From an uncultured virus (IMG/VR IMGVR_UViG_3300037245_001637) (lineage: Duplodnaviria; Heunggongvirae; Uroviricota; Caudoviricetes), in IMG/VR virus record IMGVR_UViG_3300037245_001637: DNA of 20,000 bases, one strand, 5' to 3'. Position 1 is the stretch's first letter; each line of letters starts with the position of its first letter. The translations under genes were made by a program, and so were the position numbers. Below, one piece after another: positions 6,615 through 14,634 of the stretch. Under the pieces are notes generated by a model that saw nothing but the letters and a program-made list of their open reading frames with translations, searched no databases and was not told the DNA's origin.

Positions 6615-6944
6615 TTAAATACCCTCCATAAATTCAGAAATCTCATCAAATGTAATTTCTCCATCATCCAACCATGTAATATCCACATCATATGTCTTCT
6701 CAGCAACTAAAGTATTTACAGGTGCTGTCCAGTGATATCCATCTGCTTCCCCGAGATATATAGCATAGTTTCCATAACAGATAACTATTCTCACCTCATC
6801 GGACTCTTCTAAAACAACAGAGTCAAATCCTTGGACAGGAATTGAGATAGCTTGTACTGGTTTAGCATTGTGGGTTAAAGCTTCTTTTATTGTTTCTCTT
6901 ATTTCATCTGTTTCAAAGAATGTTTCTTTATTATTTGTTTTCAT
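6615..6944 (-). CDS. Hypothetical acidic protein
   Basis: 109 aa, AGGAG RBS. Confidence 0.8.
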   Translation of the reverse strand: MKTNNKETFFETDEIRETIKEALTHNAKPVQAISIPVQGFDSVVLEESDEVRIVICYGNYAIYLGEADGYHWTAPVNTLVAEKTYDVDITWLDDGEITFDEISEFMEGI

Positions 6945-6956
6945 TTTATTTCTCCT

Positions 6957-7127
6957 TTACTCTGCTGACCCGATGGCAATAAATGTTATAAACTGCCCAA
7001 ATCCAAATATACCTAACATCATGAAAAAACTAAAACTTATATCAGGTCTCACAATGCTCCCTATAATTAGTGCTAGGTCTACTATCACTGAGGATATAAG
7101 AATACCCCAAATCATTTTATCTGTCAT
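6957..7127 (-). CDS. Small two-TM membrane protein (below cutoff)
   Basis: MTDKMIWGILISSVIVDLALIIGSIVRPDISFSFFMMLGIFGFGQFITFIAIGSAE; ATGA overlap with the upstream gene. Confidence 0.7.
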   Translation of the reverse strand: MTDKMIWGILISSVIVDLALIIGSIVRPDISFSFFMMLGIFGFGQFITFIAIGSAE

Positions 7128-7945
7128 CCTATTTGTTTCTCTCCTATATGCTTCTCATAATGTCTTTCAATAATAAAATTAGCTAAAGGTCTATACCACT
7201 CCCAAGATCCATGAAGCATATCTAGTGGTTTTGACTGTCTTCTCCAACTTTTATATTGTCCTGACTCCTGAGTTTTTTTCTTAACTTGGAATAAGTAGTT
7301 ATCTTTTCTCTCTATTAACTGTGTCATAGTAGGTAATTTATCGGAAAAAGGATACTCTGAAATATCTACTAATACTTCTTGATACTTACCATAAGCCCTA
7401 AAATAATCCTTCAAACAATGTCTCAACATCCGTAGATTAGTTAAATGACTTATCTCTCCAACATAATCCTCTGCTTTACCAAAATGTGTTATATACTCAA
7501 TCATATGTTTAAAAGAATTAAAATCCTTTCTACCTATAGCTAATTTGGGAGTTCTCTTTAAGACTTTTCCATTATTATCTGCTTTATATTTGAACTCTAT
7601 TCCTAATCTCCATTTTAAACCTTTATAGAAAGTAAAGTTCTCATTATTCTTATATATTTCTGTGTCTGTTGAGGAAGCATGAGAATCATAAGCAGGATAA
7701 TCCCCTGAATAACCCCTATAAGGTTTTAACTCTTCTGTATCCCAATTTTTGTAATAAAAATCTCCGTATGCATCCCAGAATCCATTAGCTACTGTATTAG
7801 CCAGACATTTATCATCTGCACATACAAAAGTCTCTCTTAAAGGTCTTCTAAGAGCGTTTGGATCGGACACATGATCTGAAAGTGTTTCGAATTCTTCATA
7901 TTTGCCTTGTACTAGTTCTGTTTGCTCACAAAATCTGCATTTCAT
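7124..7945 (-). CDS. Hypothetical protein with N-terminal Cys motif (CRFC...CADDKC)
   Basis: 273-aa ORF, AGGAG RBS, ATGA coupling. Confidence 0.85.
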   Translation of the reverse strand: MKCRFCEQTELVQGKYEEFETLSDHVSDPNALRRPLRETFVCADDKCLANTVANGFWDAYGDFYYKNWDTEELKPYRGYSGDYPAYDSHASSTDTEIYKNNENFTFYKGLKWRLGIEFKYKADNNGKVLKRTPKLAIGRKDFNSFKHMIEYITHFGKAEDYVGEISHLTNLRMLRHCLKDYFRAYGKYQEVLVDISEYPFSDKLPTMTQLIERKDNYLFQVKKKTQESGQYKSWRRQSKPLDMLHGSWEWYRPLANFIIERHYEKHIGEKQIG

Positions 7946-8217
7946 AGCTTCTCTCCTTTTCCATTATAAAATTTATTGTCTCTTACACAAACACCTAAAA
8001 TAGACAAACCTAGTGTAAACCCATTTGCAAATGTTTGCAGTTCTTTTAACTCTTTTCCTGCTTCCTGTCTCATAAAATAAGATTCCCCACTGTGCCCTAC
8101 TTCCTCATCTGTCAACATCATTTGTTTAATACAACTACTCTGTTCCCATATAATTTCTTTGTATGCCTTTTTCAACTTGGCTAAATGTTTTTGTTTAATA
8201 TTTATTTCTACTTTCAT
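7942..8217 (-). CDS. Hypothetical protein (start revised to MKVEI)
   Basis: GAGAGGG RBS; the track start lies inside the promoter. Confidence 0.75.
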   Translation of the reverse strand: MKVEINIKQKHLAKLKKAYKEIIWEQSSCIKQMMLTDEEVGHSGESYFMRQEAGKELKELQTFANGFTLGLSILGVCVRDNKFYNGKGEKL

Positions 8218-8240
8218 ACTATCCCTCTCTTTATATTTAC

Positions 8241-8269
8241 ATAATATAGGAATTATCATTCATTGTCAA
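8241..8269 (-). promoter_or_regulatory. Sigma70-type early promoter
   Basis: TTGACA-17-TATTAT. Confidence 0.8.
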
Positions 8270-8275
8270 GTATTT

Positions 8276-8599
8276 CTATGAAAAAGTAGTAAAACTTATT
8301 GACACACCTTGTCTCCGTAGTAGCTTACAGAATTCATAATCAGACTTATGTGGATACACTCTCTTTGTTGGAACATAATCACTATTATATTCTATAGATC
8401 TATAAATCCTTTGTTTTGAATGGAAATCTATAGTGTAAGATCTTATCTCTCCATCTTCTAGTTCTGTTATGAATGTATCTCTGGCACATGTGTATCCTGA
8501 TATTAAAATTCTATCCTCTTTATTATTTAAATCATATTCTGTTAACAAATGTGTTTCTCTATCGATATTTTCTATTTCTTTTAGTTCTTCTCTGGTCAT
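8276..8599 (-). CDS. Hypothetical phage protein
   Basis: 107 aa, AGGAG RBS. Confidence 0.8.
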   Translation of the reverse strand: MTREELKEIENIDRETHLLTEYDLNNKEDRILISGYTCARDTFITELEDGEIRSYTIDFHSKQRIYRSIEYNSDYVPTKRVYPHKSDYEFCKLLRRQGVSISFTTFS

Positions 8600-8622
8600 C
8601 TTTATTCTCCTATCTAGTTGTC

Positions 8623-8874
8623 TTAGTAGTTTGTGTTTGTCTCCTTACATATCCATAAGTCTGTCTCTAAAACTTTTACATTGTCTTTAAGCTTACATTT
8701 TTGCTTCTGTAATTTCTTAATCTTACTCTTAAGTTGATTCTTATATTTTCTATCATTTACTTTGTGTTTCTCCAAGTCAAGTATATATTCAAACATCTCT
8801 TTTGAAAGCTTTGCTGAGGGTCTTTCAACTATCTCAAACTGTTTATGTATCTGATCCATGTCTGGTCTTTTCAT
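8623..8874 (-). CDS. Hypothetical basic coiled-coil protein
   Basis: 83 aa, AGGAG RBS. Confidence 0.75.
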   Translation of the reverse strand: MKRPDMDQIHKQFEIVERPSAKLSKEMFEYILDLEKHKVNDRKYKNQLKSKIKKLQKQKCKLKDNVKVLETDLWICKETNTNY

Positions 8875-8885
8875 TTTATTTCTCC

Positions 8886-9191
8886 TTAAAACTTAGTCTT
8901 GATCCAAGCTATTCTATCTCCTGCAAATTTATCATCTAATTTAGTGTCTCCAAAATCATATAACCACCCTAGAAGATCATTAAACTCGTTGTAGTCCTCA
9001 CATTCATTCTCTACTAACTCATTAAACTCCCACACTATGTCATCTCTTATATCAAGGTGTTCTTCATCGAGATTTGTGATTTTATTTAAATCTCTGATAA
9101 TATCTTTACATACCTCTACTAATAGTTTAGGTGTGTCTTGGGCTTCTTCCCATACTCTTGTTAAATCTATTGTATTTTTCCAATTTGCCAT
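8886..9191 (-). CDS. Hypothetical acidic protein
   Basis: 101 aa, first gene after the promoter at 9218-9246. Confidence 0.8.
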   Translation of the reverse strand: MANWKNTIDLTRVWEEAQDTPKLLVEVCKDIIRDLNKITNLDEEHLDIRDDIVWEFNELVENECEDYNEFNDLLGWLYDFGDTKLDDKFAGDRIAWIKTKF

Positions 9192-9217
9192 AATTTGTAT
9201 CCTCTCTTTATATTTAT

Positions 9218-9246
9218 ATCTTACCTTGTATTGTAAGTTGTGTCAA
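9218..9246 (-). promoter_or_regulatory. Sigma70-type early promoter
   Basis: TTGACA-17-TAAGAT. Confidence 0.8.
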
Positions 9247-9253
9247 GTACAAT

Positions 9254-9285
9254 AAATAAAAAAGCCCTCTAATTAAAGAAGGCTT
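9254..9285 (-). terminator. Rho-independent terminator after capsid-like copy 2
   Basis: AAGCCTTCT-TTAATT-AGAGGGCTT followed by TTTTATTT. Confidence 0.75.
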
Positions 9286-9289
9286 CATG

Positions 9290-9953
9290 TTATTTCATTA
9301 TTGTTATGTTAAATGTTTGTATTTTATCTGTTTTTCCTTTCCAATTTAATGGGTCAGATAGTTCCTTATCTGTTGGTCCATCTTCATATTCTGATAGACC
9401 ATCAAAGGAACAACCATCAACAATGATGTTAAGTTTCTTAGTGGTGGTTAAAGTTTGCTCCTCGAATACCTCTCCTTCTGTTATAAAGGGCTCTGATAAA
9501 TCCACATAGTCATTATATAAAATAGCCCCTTCCTTTAGTAAATAAGCAGGGTAAACATTGTATAGATCTGTTTCTTTATTATTACATCTATCATCTACAA
9601 TAACAGGAATTCCTTTGTAAGTTCCTATAGACATGTTACTTCCTTCTTCAATAGGAATAAACTTGTAATCTTTGTGTTTTCTCAGTAAGGTGTTAACTCT
9701 TGAATGAATAATAAGGACTTTGTACTCATCTAGATCTTCATATATAAAATCTTCTACGTATCCTGAATATTCTTCTGTTAATAATGCTCCTATTATCTTT
9801 ATAAACGTGTTTTGAATAGAAGTGTTCCAAACAGCTTCTTGTCTTTGTATAATCCATCTCGTAAGGGGTCAATCCAATTAACAATAGATTCACCACACAC
9901 AGTTTCGAGATGACATAGATATTTATGTAGTAGTCTCATTTTTTAAGTTCCTA
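9290..9953 (-). pseudogene. Disrupted, N-truncated SPP1-gp13-like major capsid protein homologue (copy 2); C-terminal 114-aa ORF 9290-9634 is intact
   Basis: Reconstruction: AGGAG-AATT-[TAG 9951-9953]-ELKK-[TGA 9936-9938]-DYYINIY...LIGLTPYEM-[extra G at 9854/9855]-IIQRQEAVWNTSIQNT...IIHS...GTYKGIPVIVDD...YLLKEGAILYND...PTDKELSDPLNWKGK. Collinear with the protein at 13380-14303. Confidence 0.75.
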
Positions 9954-9962
9954 AATTCTCCT

Positions 9963-10130
9963 TTATAGTCCTAGTATAACATTACAAAAAGTACCCCACA
10001 TACCAACACATATAAAGATTATGATGAAGTTCTTTATAGAGGGTTCTCCTGTGAACACATCAAATACAACACACCCTTTATCTCCTAGATAGATACCTAT
10101 CATTATAGCTCCTAATAATTTTATTAACAT
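9963..10130 (-). CDS. Small membrane protein (below cutoff)
   Basis: MLIKLLGAIMIGIYLG...NFIIIFICVGMWGTFCNVILGL, AGGAG RBS. Confidence 0.7.
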   Translation of the reverse strand: MLIKLLGAIMIGIYLGDKGCVVFDVFTGEPSIKNFIIIFICVGMWGTFCNVILGL

Positions 10131-10140
10131 TTATTCTCCT

Positions 10141-10359
10141 TTAATATGTAAAAAATTGAATAGTGTATGTTTCATTCTCCACTATTTTATCATATGTTCC
10201 ATTATCAGTTTTGTACTTAGGTTTTATTTTCTTCTTCATCTGATCAACCATTTTGTCTAAATCATCTGCATCAAAACAAGCATAAGATTCTATAACCTTT
10301 TTATCATAACCTGTTCCTTTACTTAATTCCACATGTATTGCATTGTTCACTTCTAACAT
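10141..10359 (-). CDS. Hypothetical protein
   Basis: 72 aa, AAGGAG RBS. Confidence 0.75.
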   Translation of the reverse strand: MLEVNNAIHVELSKGTGYDKKVIESYACFDADDLDKMVDQMKKKIKPKYKTDNGTYDKIVENETYTIQFFTY

Positions 10360-10394
10360 TATTTCTCCTTACCTACCCCATTAAGAGGCTGTTA

Positions 10395-10655
10395 TTAAAC
10401 AACTTTCGTTCTTTCGCCACACATACATTTAGAATAACGTCTTGAAGTTTTCACAATTGAACCACAGGTTGTTTTATATTCCTTAATGGTACTATCTGTT
10501 TGTGAAGGTTGTTCTGTCCATTCACAAACAGGGACAGTCCCTTTCCCGTTACAATTACTACAAGATGAATAACTTACGCACCCGAATTGATCTTGATCCC
10601 CAACTTCACCGTTACTACAATATGGACATTCCATTGTTTTTACTTCCTCTTTCAT
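10395..10655 (-). CDS. DnaJ-type (CxxCxGxG) zinc-finger protein
   Basis: CPYCSNG...CSNCNGKG plus further Cys residues. Confidence 0.75.
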   Translation of the reverse strand: MKEEVKTMECPYCSNGEVGDQDQFGCVSYSSCSNCNGKGTVPVCEWTEQPSQTDSTIKEYKTTCGSIVKTSRRYSKCMCGERTKVV

Positions 10656-10656
10656 T

Positions 10657-10986
10657 TTATTTCTCCTTTCTAGTATATTCTGTTAAATTTACATACCCTA
10701 TAGACACTAACATCCGTGATATATCTTCTTGAGAACTATTCTTATCAGTAAGTTCCCCTAGTTTTTGTAATAATATAGTTTCTTCAGACAAAACTTTCCA
10801 TGCATCATCGTAAACTTTTAATCTAGGTATAAGGTCTCCACCAAGAAGTTCCCAATCAATACTAAATTCTCCTCCTGTTCCTCCACTCTCAGGATAATCA
10901 CCAATCATTATTTGAGGAACAAGTCTATCTATACTCTCTGCATACCACATTTTATTCATTATCATAAATCCCATTCTTCTTTCCAT
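10657..10986 (-). CDS. Uncharacterised phage protein
   Basis: 109 aa, AGGAG RBS, GGTGGEFSIDW...PRLKVYDDAW motif. Confidence 0.8.
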   Translation of the reverse strand: MERRMGFMIMNKMWYAESIDRLVPQIMIGDYPESGGTGGEFSIDWELLGGDLIPRLKVYDDAWKVLSEETILLQKLGELTDKNSSQEDISRMLVSIGYVNLTEYTRKEK

Positions 10987-10987
10987 A

Positions 10988-11071
10988 TTATTCTTCTCCT
11001 TCTGGTTTCATACTCTCCCATAACTCTAATCTAACTGCTTGTAGTTCTTTCTCTGTAACAAAGGTGAGCAT
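10988..11071 (-). CDS. Possible 27-aa peptide
   Basis: MLTFVTEKELQAVRLELWESMKPEGEE fills the gap between a TAA and the next gene. Confidence 0.4.
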   Translation of the reverse strand: MLTFVTEKELQAVRLELWESMKPEGEE

Positions 11072-11221
11072 TTAATCATTTTGTTTCTCCTCTTCTGGTT
11101 TGTAATCTACATCAGCAGATCCACACTCTCTATGAATCTGATCTCCATCTATAATATCCACGTCCTCTGGTTCGATGTCTTTGTAACATCCATAACAATG
11201 TAATTGGTCTGTATATTCCAT
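11072..11221 (-). CDS. Small CxxC...HxxC zinc-binding protein (below cutoff)
   Basis: MEYTDQLHCYGCYKDI...IHRECGSADVDY, AAGGA RBS. Confidence 0.7.
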   Translation of the reverse strand: MEYTDQLHCYGCYKDIEPEDVDIIDGDQIHRECGSADVDYKPEEEKQND

Positions 11222-11231
11222 ATCTTTTTCC

Positions 11232-11489
11232 TTATTTATATAAGTTTATAATTTTTTTATTTAACGTTTTGCCTAGCCTTCCTCTTCTATACATTACAAC
11301 GTTATTCTTTGAAGAAACAATTTCAATATCAATGTCATCTAATCTAGTGTGTATTTCTTTGCTAAATGATAGCTTCTCAAATTCTCTCGCTACCTTTAAA
11401 ACCATAGCACTTGCTGTTTTAGTTGGTTCAACAATATACGTCTTACAGTCTGTGTTATCAAATAACCTAATAAAATAATTTTTGTCCAT
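11232..11489 (-). CDS. Hypothetical protein
   Basis: 85 aa, first gene after the promoter at 11517-11545. Confidence 0.8.
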   Translation of the reverse strand: MDKNYFIRLFDNTDCKTYIVEPTKTASAMVLKVAREFEKLSFSKEIHTRLDDIDIEIVSSKNNVVMYRRGRLGKTLNKKIINLYK

Positions 11490-11516
11490 CTTGTTTCTCC
11501 TCTTAATCTAATTACT

Positions 11517-11545
11517 ATACTATAGGAATATTTATTTCTTGTCAA
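11517..11545 (-). promoter_or_regulatory. Sigma70-type early promoter
   Basis: TTGACA-17-TAGTAT. Confidence 0.8.
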
Positions 11546-11547
11546 GC

Positions 11548-11961
11548 CTAATGTATAAATTCCATATATGTCTTACGATAATCTTCTTTCACACTCTCTA
11601 GGTAAAATAAATCGAAGGTGTAGCTGCTCATGTATCCGTCTGTGTATATATTATCTATCATGTAAGGGGTTTCTACTTTCCTTACACCTCCTACTAGTGT
11701 TCCTTTCTCGACTTCTAAAGAAGACACTTGCTCAACCTGATCTTTTAGCATAAGCAGAGCAAATAAAACCTTTTCTCCTTTTATTATTTTATTGTTGGAA
11801 ACGATTATAAGTGGGTTTGGTGAAGAAGATCCTAAGGCTACACATAATCCCTCTAAATATTCTTGCGTTATTTCTTCTTCATATCTCCCAACAGGTAAGA
11901 GAAGTCTCCCCGAAGTTAGTCTAGTTATTATTGTGTCTAATGGTGTTGTTATTTGTTTCAT
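11548..11961 (-). CDS. Degenerate DUF262/ParB-like domain protein (tentative)
   Basis: LDTIITRLTSGRLLLP...LEGLCVALGSSSPNPLIIV...IIKGEKVLFAL follows the DUF262 layout, but QR and DGQQR are replaced. The CDS is solid; the family call is tentative. Confidence 0.5.
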   Translation of the reverse strand: MKQITTPLDTIITRLTSGRLLLPVGRYEEEITQEYLEGLCVALGSSSPNPLIIVSNNKIIKGEKVLFALLMLKDQVEQVSSLEVEKGTLVGGVRKVETPYMIDNIYTDGYMSSYTFDLFYLESVKEDYRKTYMEFIH

Positions 11962-11983
11962 TTTTGCTCCTTCTCCTTTTAAC

Positions 11984-12196
11984 TCACATGTATTCGGTTG
12001 TGATAATTGTGTCTACTTCCTCAAAAGCATCTTTTCTACCTTTCAGAAAATAGTATTGTTTAAGTAATTCCATATATTTACTTCCATCAAGAGCAAGACT
12101 TACTTCACTTAATTCTTGTTGCATTGTCCTCTCTTCTCTTTCTGCTTTATTTATCTTTCTTGACATGTCTCGTAATAGTATTTCTAAATCTGTCAT
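11984..12196 (-). CDS. Hypothetical coiled-coil protein
   Basis: 70 aa, AGGAG RBS. Confidence 0.8.
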   Translation of the reverse strand: MTDLEILLRDMSRKINKAEREERTMQQELSEVSLALDGSKYMELLKQYYFLKGRKDAFEEVDTIITTEYM

Positions 12197-12223
12197 TTTT
12201 GTTTCTCCTCTCTTTATTCTTAT

Positions 12224-12252
12224 ATATTACAGGAATACTTATTCTTTGTCAA
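12224..12252 (-). promoter_or_regulatory. Sigma70-type early promoter
   Basis: TTGACA-17-TAATAT. Confidence 0.8.
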
Positions 12253-12665
12253 GTAATATTTAAAGGAAATGAACTCAATCCTCTATTATTCCATTCTATA
12301 GCATCTGCTTCACAACTAGAACACCATTTACTTTGTTTAGGTTCTAAGACATTACATATAGGGCATAGGAAAAGGTATGTTTTGTTACTTGGTGCTAAGG
12401 TGTAGATTGTGCCTGATGAAGCTTCCCATGTGCCTGTTTCAGTGATTTGTATACGATCTTGCTTCCTATTGTTGTATAATCTTTCATTCTCTTGAATGTT
12501 CCATGCTATATTGTCTTCTTTACAAGCTGTACACTCCCCTATGCATTCTGATGTTTGTTTACATATATCACAGTCGATGTTGAGGCTATATGTGTAATTA
12601 CACCACCAAGGGTTGTAGATTGTTCCTGATGGTCCTATCCATCTGTTTAGTGTTGGTTTTTTCAT
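12249..12665 (-). CDS. Protein with two tandem C4 zinc-finger-like repeats
   Basis: WxxxSGTIY...CxIC...CxxCxxDxIxWN occurs twice. Confidence 0.8.
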   Translation of the reverse strand: MKKPTLNRWIGPSGTIYNPWWCNYTYSLNIDCDICKQTSECIGECTACKEDNIAWNIQENERLYNNRKQDRIQITETGTWEASSGTIYTLAPSNKTYLFLCPICNVLEPKQSKWCSSCEADAIEWNNRGLSSFPLNIT

Positions 12666-12666
12666 A

Positions 12667-13092
12667 CTACTCTTCTACCTCTTCAAATTGTTCTTGTAAA
12701 GTGTTTAGTTCTTTTTGTAATAATGAGGAAAACTTTATTGTATATTGCTCCATATCTGTTTCAGTTAACTGATACTTCTTTTTGATGTCTGTTAGTTGGT
12801 CTAGTACACCACAAATGCTATCAGCCACATCCTCTGTTATATTCTTAACTACCGTTTCTAAGGGTTTTTTATAGTGTCTAGCTCTAAAGCCACTAGGGAG
12901 ATCGTGGAAACCAGTACATCTGATTTGATTACCATGTCCCACTAAAAAGAACACTTCAACAAAGTGTGGGCAGGATGTACAATCAGTAGATCCAATTTTT
13001 ATATCTATATAATGTGGACAGGTAGCAATAAGAAGATCATCTTCTGTCTGCTGTTCATTTCTTCTATTAGTTTTTCGTATAGTGTATCCCAT
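12667..13092 (-). CDS. Hypothetical protein, Cys motif plus C-terminal coiled coil
   Basis: CPH...GSTDCTSCPHF...C; 141 aa. Confidence 0.8.
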   Translation of the reverse strand: MGYTIRKTNRRNEQQTEDDLLIATCPHYIDIKIGSTDCTSCPHFVEVFFLVGHGNQIRCTGFHDLPSGFRARHYKKPLETVVKNITEDVADSICGVLDQLTDIKKKYQLTETDMEQYTIKFSSLLQKELNTLQEQFEEVEE

Positions 13093-13098
13093 AATTTG

Positions 13099-13275
13099 TT
13101 ATTCTCCCTTTTTTGGATAGTAATGTTTATTTAATTTAGTCAATATTTTCTTATATCTTTTGGCTTGCCTTACAAACTCATCATTCTCTTCTTCATCATC
13201 TAAGCAATACCCATCAAATAGGGTATAGCCTGTTTCAAGTGCATCGAGATCGTCTTTTGTTATTTCAATTTTCAT
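13099..13275 (-). CDS. Hypothetical protein (58 aa, below cutoff)
   Basis: MKIEITKDDLDALETGY...HYYPKKGE, GAGGAG RBS, first gene after a promoter. Confidence 0.75.
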   Translation of the reverse strand: MKIEITKDDLDALETGYTLFDGYCLDDEEENDEFVRQAKRYKKILTKLNKHYYPKKGE

Positions 13276-13301
13276 GTTTTACTCCTCTCTTTATAGTTGT
13301 T

Positions 13302-13330
13302 ATCTTATAGGAGTTGAATTGTTTTGTCAA
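13302..13330 (-). promoter_or_regulatory. Sigma70-type early promoter
   Basis: TTGACA-17-TAAGAT. Confidence 0.8.
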
Positions 13331-13341
13331 GTGGATTAAGC

Positions 13342-13370
13342 AAAGAAAAACCCTCTTTTTAGGGAGGGTT
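13342..13370 (-). terminator. Rho-independent terminator after capsid-like copy 1
   Basis: AACCCTC...GAGGGTT followed by TTTCTTT. Confidence 0.7.
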
Positions 13371-13379
13371 AATTATTAT

Positions 13380-14303
13380 TTAAATGGTTACTTCCCAGAC
13401 TTCTATAAGATTACTTTTACCTTTCCAATTAGCTTCATTTGCTAATTCTGCATCAGTTGGTCCGTTTTCGTCATTCTCACCTATAAAGGTGCAATTAGGA
13501 ATTGTTATGTTAATGTTCTTCCCTGTAGATAAGACTTCTGGATGAGTTCCTTTTGTAGTATCTATATAGATTCTTGTATCCTCTACAGATATGCTATCAT
13601 TGTAAATGACAGCTCCTTCTGACAGAATATATACTAAATGTAGTTTCTCTTCATCTCCTTTTCTAATAAAAAAATCATCAACGCACACAGGCATAGATCG
13701 ATAAAAAGGAAAACTTTGATTACTTCCTTCTTTCTCTTCATAAACTATTTCATCTCCCAAAGCCTTGAATAAATAACTATTCATGAATACAAGTTTACCT
13801 AATGCTGGGACAGGTGTTTTAGCTAGTTCAGAAATATTTAATTGTGTTGTTTCTGTATTAGAACCAAATAAACTAGACACAATAGTTTTCTGAACACCTA
13901 CTCCCCACACAGCATTTACTCTTTGTATAAGTGCTTCTTTCGGAGTACGTCCAGCTAAAATTGAGGCTATTTGGTATTCACTAGCTTGGTATATTCTTTT
14001 TGTTGTAATATCCCACTCGTCTTGATCTTTCATAGATACAGCTCCTGATGTAAATAATAACTGGTCTGATACATCTAGATTAACTTGATCTTTTAATTCT
14101 CCCTCGGTAAATAATTCTGCTAGGGGGCTTTTACCATTAGTTCTTTGCTGAAGAATTATAAGTAAGTCTTGTAAGGTATACTCAAAATCATCAAATGCCT
14201 CTAGTGAGTTATTTCCTTCTTTAAAAGATTTTCTGTAATCTCTTATCTCTCTGTTAATTTCCTTGAATACTATTTCAAGTCTTTCTTGTTTTGTTTCTTG
14301 CAT
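13380..14303 (-). CDS. Divergent, internally deleted SPP1-gp13-like (HK97-fold) major capsid protein homologue (copy 1)
   Basis: Motifs ELF, LFTSG, IASILAGRTPKEALIQRVNAVW...QK, MNS, FPFYRSMPVCVDD, YILSEGA and PTDAELANEANW are collinear with SPP1 gp13 as recalled (ELF, FFQSG, LAATLSGSDPMQAIGSRVAAYW...QK, MHS, FPTYMNKRVIVDD, YLFGAGA, PTDEELANGANW). Confidence 0.8.
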   Translation of the reverse strand: MQETKQERLEIVFKEINREIRDYRKSFKEGNNSLEAFDDFEYTLQDLLIILQQRTNGKSPLAELFTEGELKDQVNLDVSDQLLFTSGAVSMKDQDEWDITTKRIYQASEYQIASILAGRTPKEALIQRVNAVWGVGVQKTIVSSLFGSNTETTQLNISELAKTPVPALGKLVFMNSYLFKALGDEIVYEEKEGSNQSFPFYRSMPVCVDDFFIRKGDEEKLHLVYILSEGAVIYNDSISVEDTRIYIDTTKGTHPEVLSTGKNINITIPNCTFIGENDENGPTDAELANEANWKGKSNLIEVWEVTI

Positions 14304-14304
14304 T

Positions 14305-14574
14305 TTAACAACCTTCTATAATGTAATAGTATCCTTTAGAGCAGTAACAATCAGAAACAATATCTAAATGCTCTTCCAGAACATTATATAGAGGAAGGAA
14401 TTTATTCTTGAACTTCTCATTGTCTACCTCAGACAGATATATGCCTTCTCTATTTACCCAATGATCTTCTATCATAGTAATCCATTTTTGGAACTGTTCA
14501 TTTCCTGCTAGTTCCTGTCTTTTCTCTTCATCTCTTGCTTCTCTTAATTTGCAAAGCTCTTCATCTGTTCTCAT
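14305..14574 (-). CDS. Hypothetical protein (start revised to MRTDE)
   Basis: AGGAG RBS before the ATG at 14574; the track start overlaps the promoter -10. Confidence 0.75.
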   Translation of the reverse strand: MRTDEELCKLREARDEEKRQELAGNEQFQKWITMIEDHWVNREGIYLSEVDNEKFKNKFLPLYNVLEEHLDIVSDCYCSKGYYYIIEGC

Positions 14575-14605
14575 TTTATTTCTCCTATTTGTGTTTATTC
14601 TTATC

Positions 14606-14634
14606 ATTATACACTACTTTTAGTTATAAGTCAA
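14606..14634 (-). promoter_or_regulatory. Sigma70-type early promoter driving the capsid-like copy 1 operon
   Basis: TTGACT-17-TATAAT. Confidence 0.8.

Noticed and set aside
9799..9939. 46-aa ORF MRLLHKYL... as the N-terminus of capsid-like copy 2 via a programmed -1 frameshift
   Set aside because: No canonical slippery heptamer, and a different frame aligns with copy 1 with exact spacing.
13380..14303. Annotating this as the functional major capsid protein
   Set aside because: Large internal deletion, a foreign N-terminus, an early-type promoter and no morphogenesis neighbours. It cannot be fully excluded without the rest of the genome.
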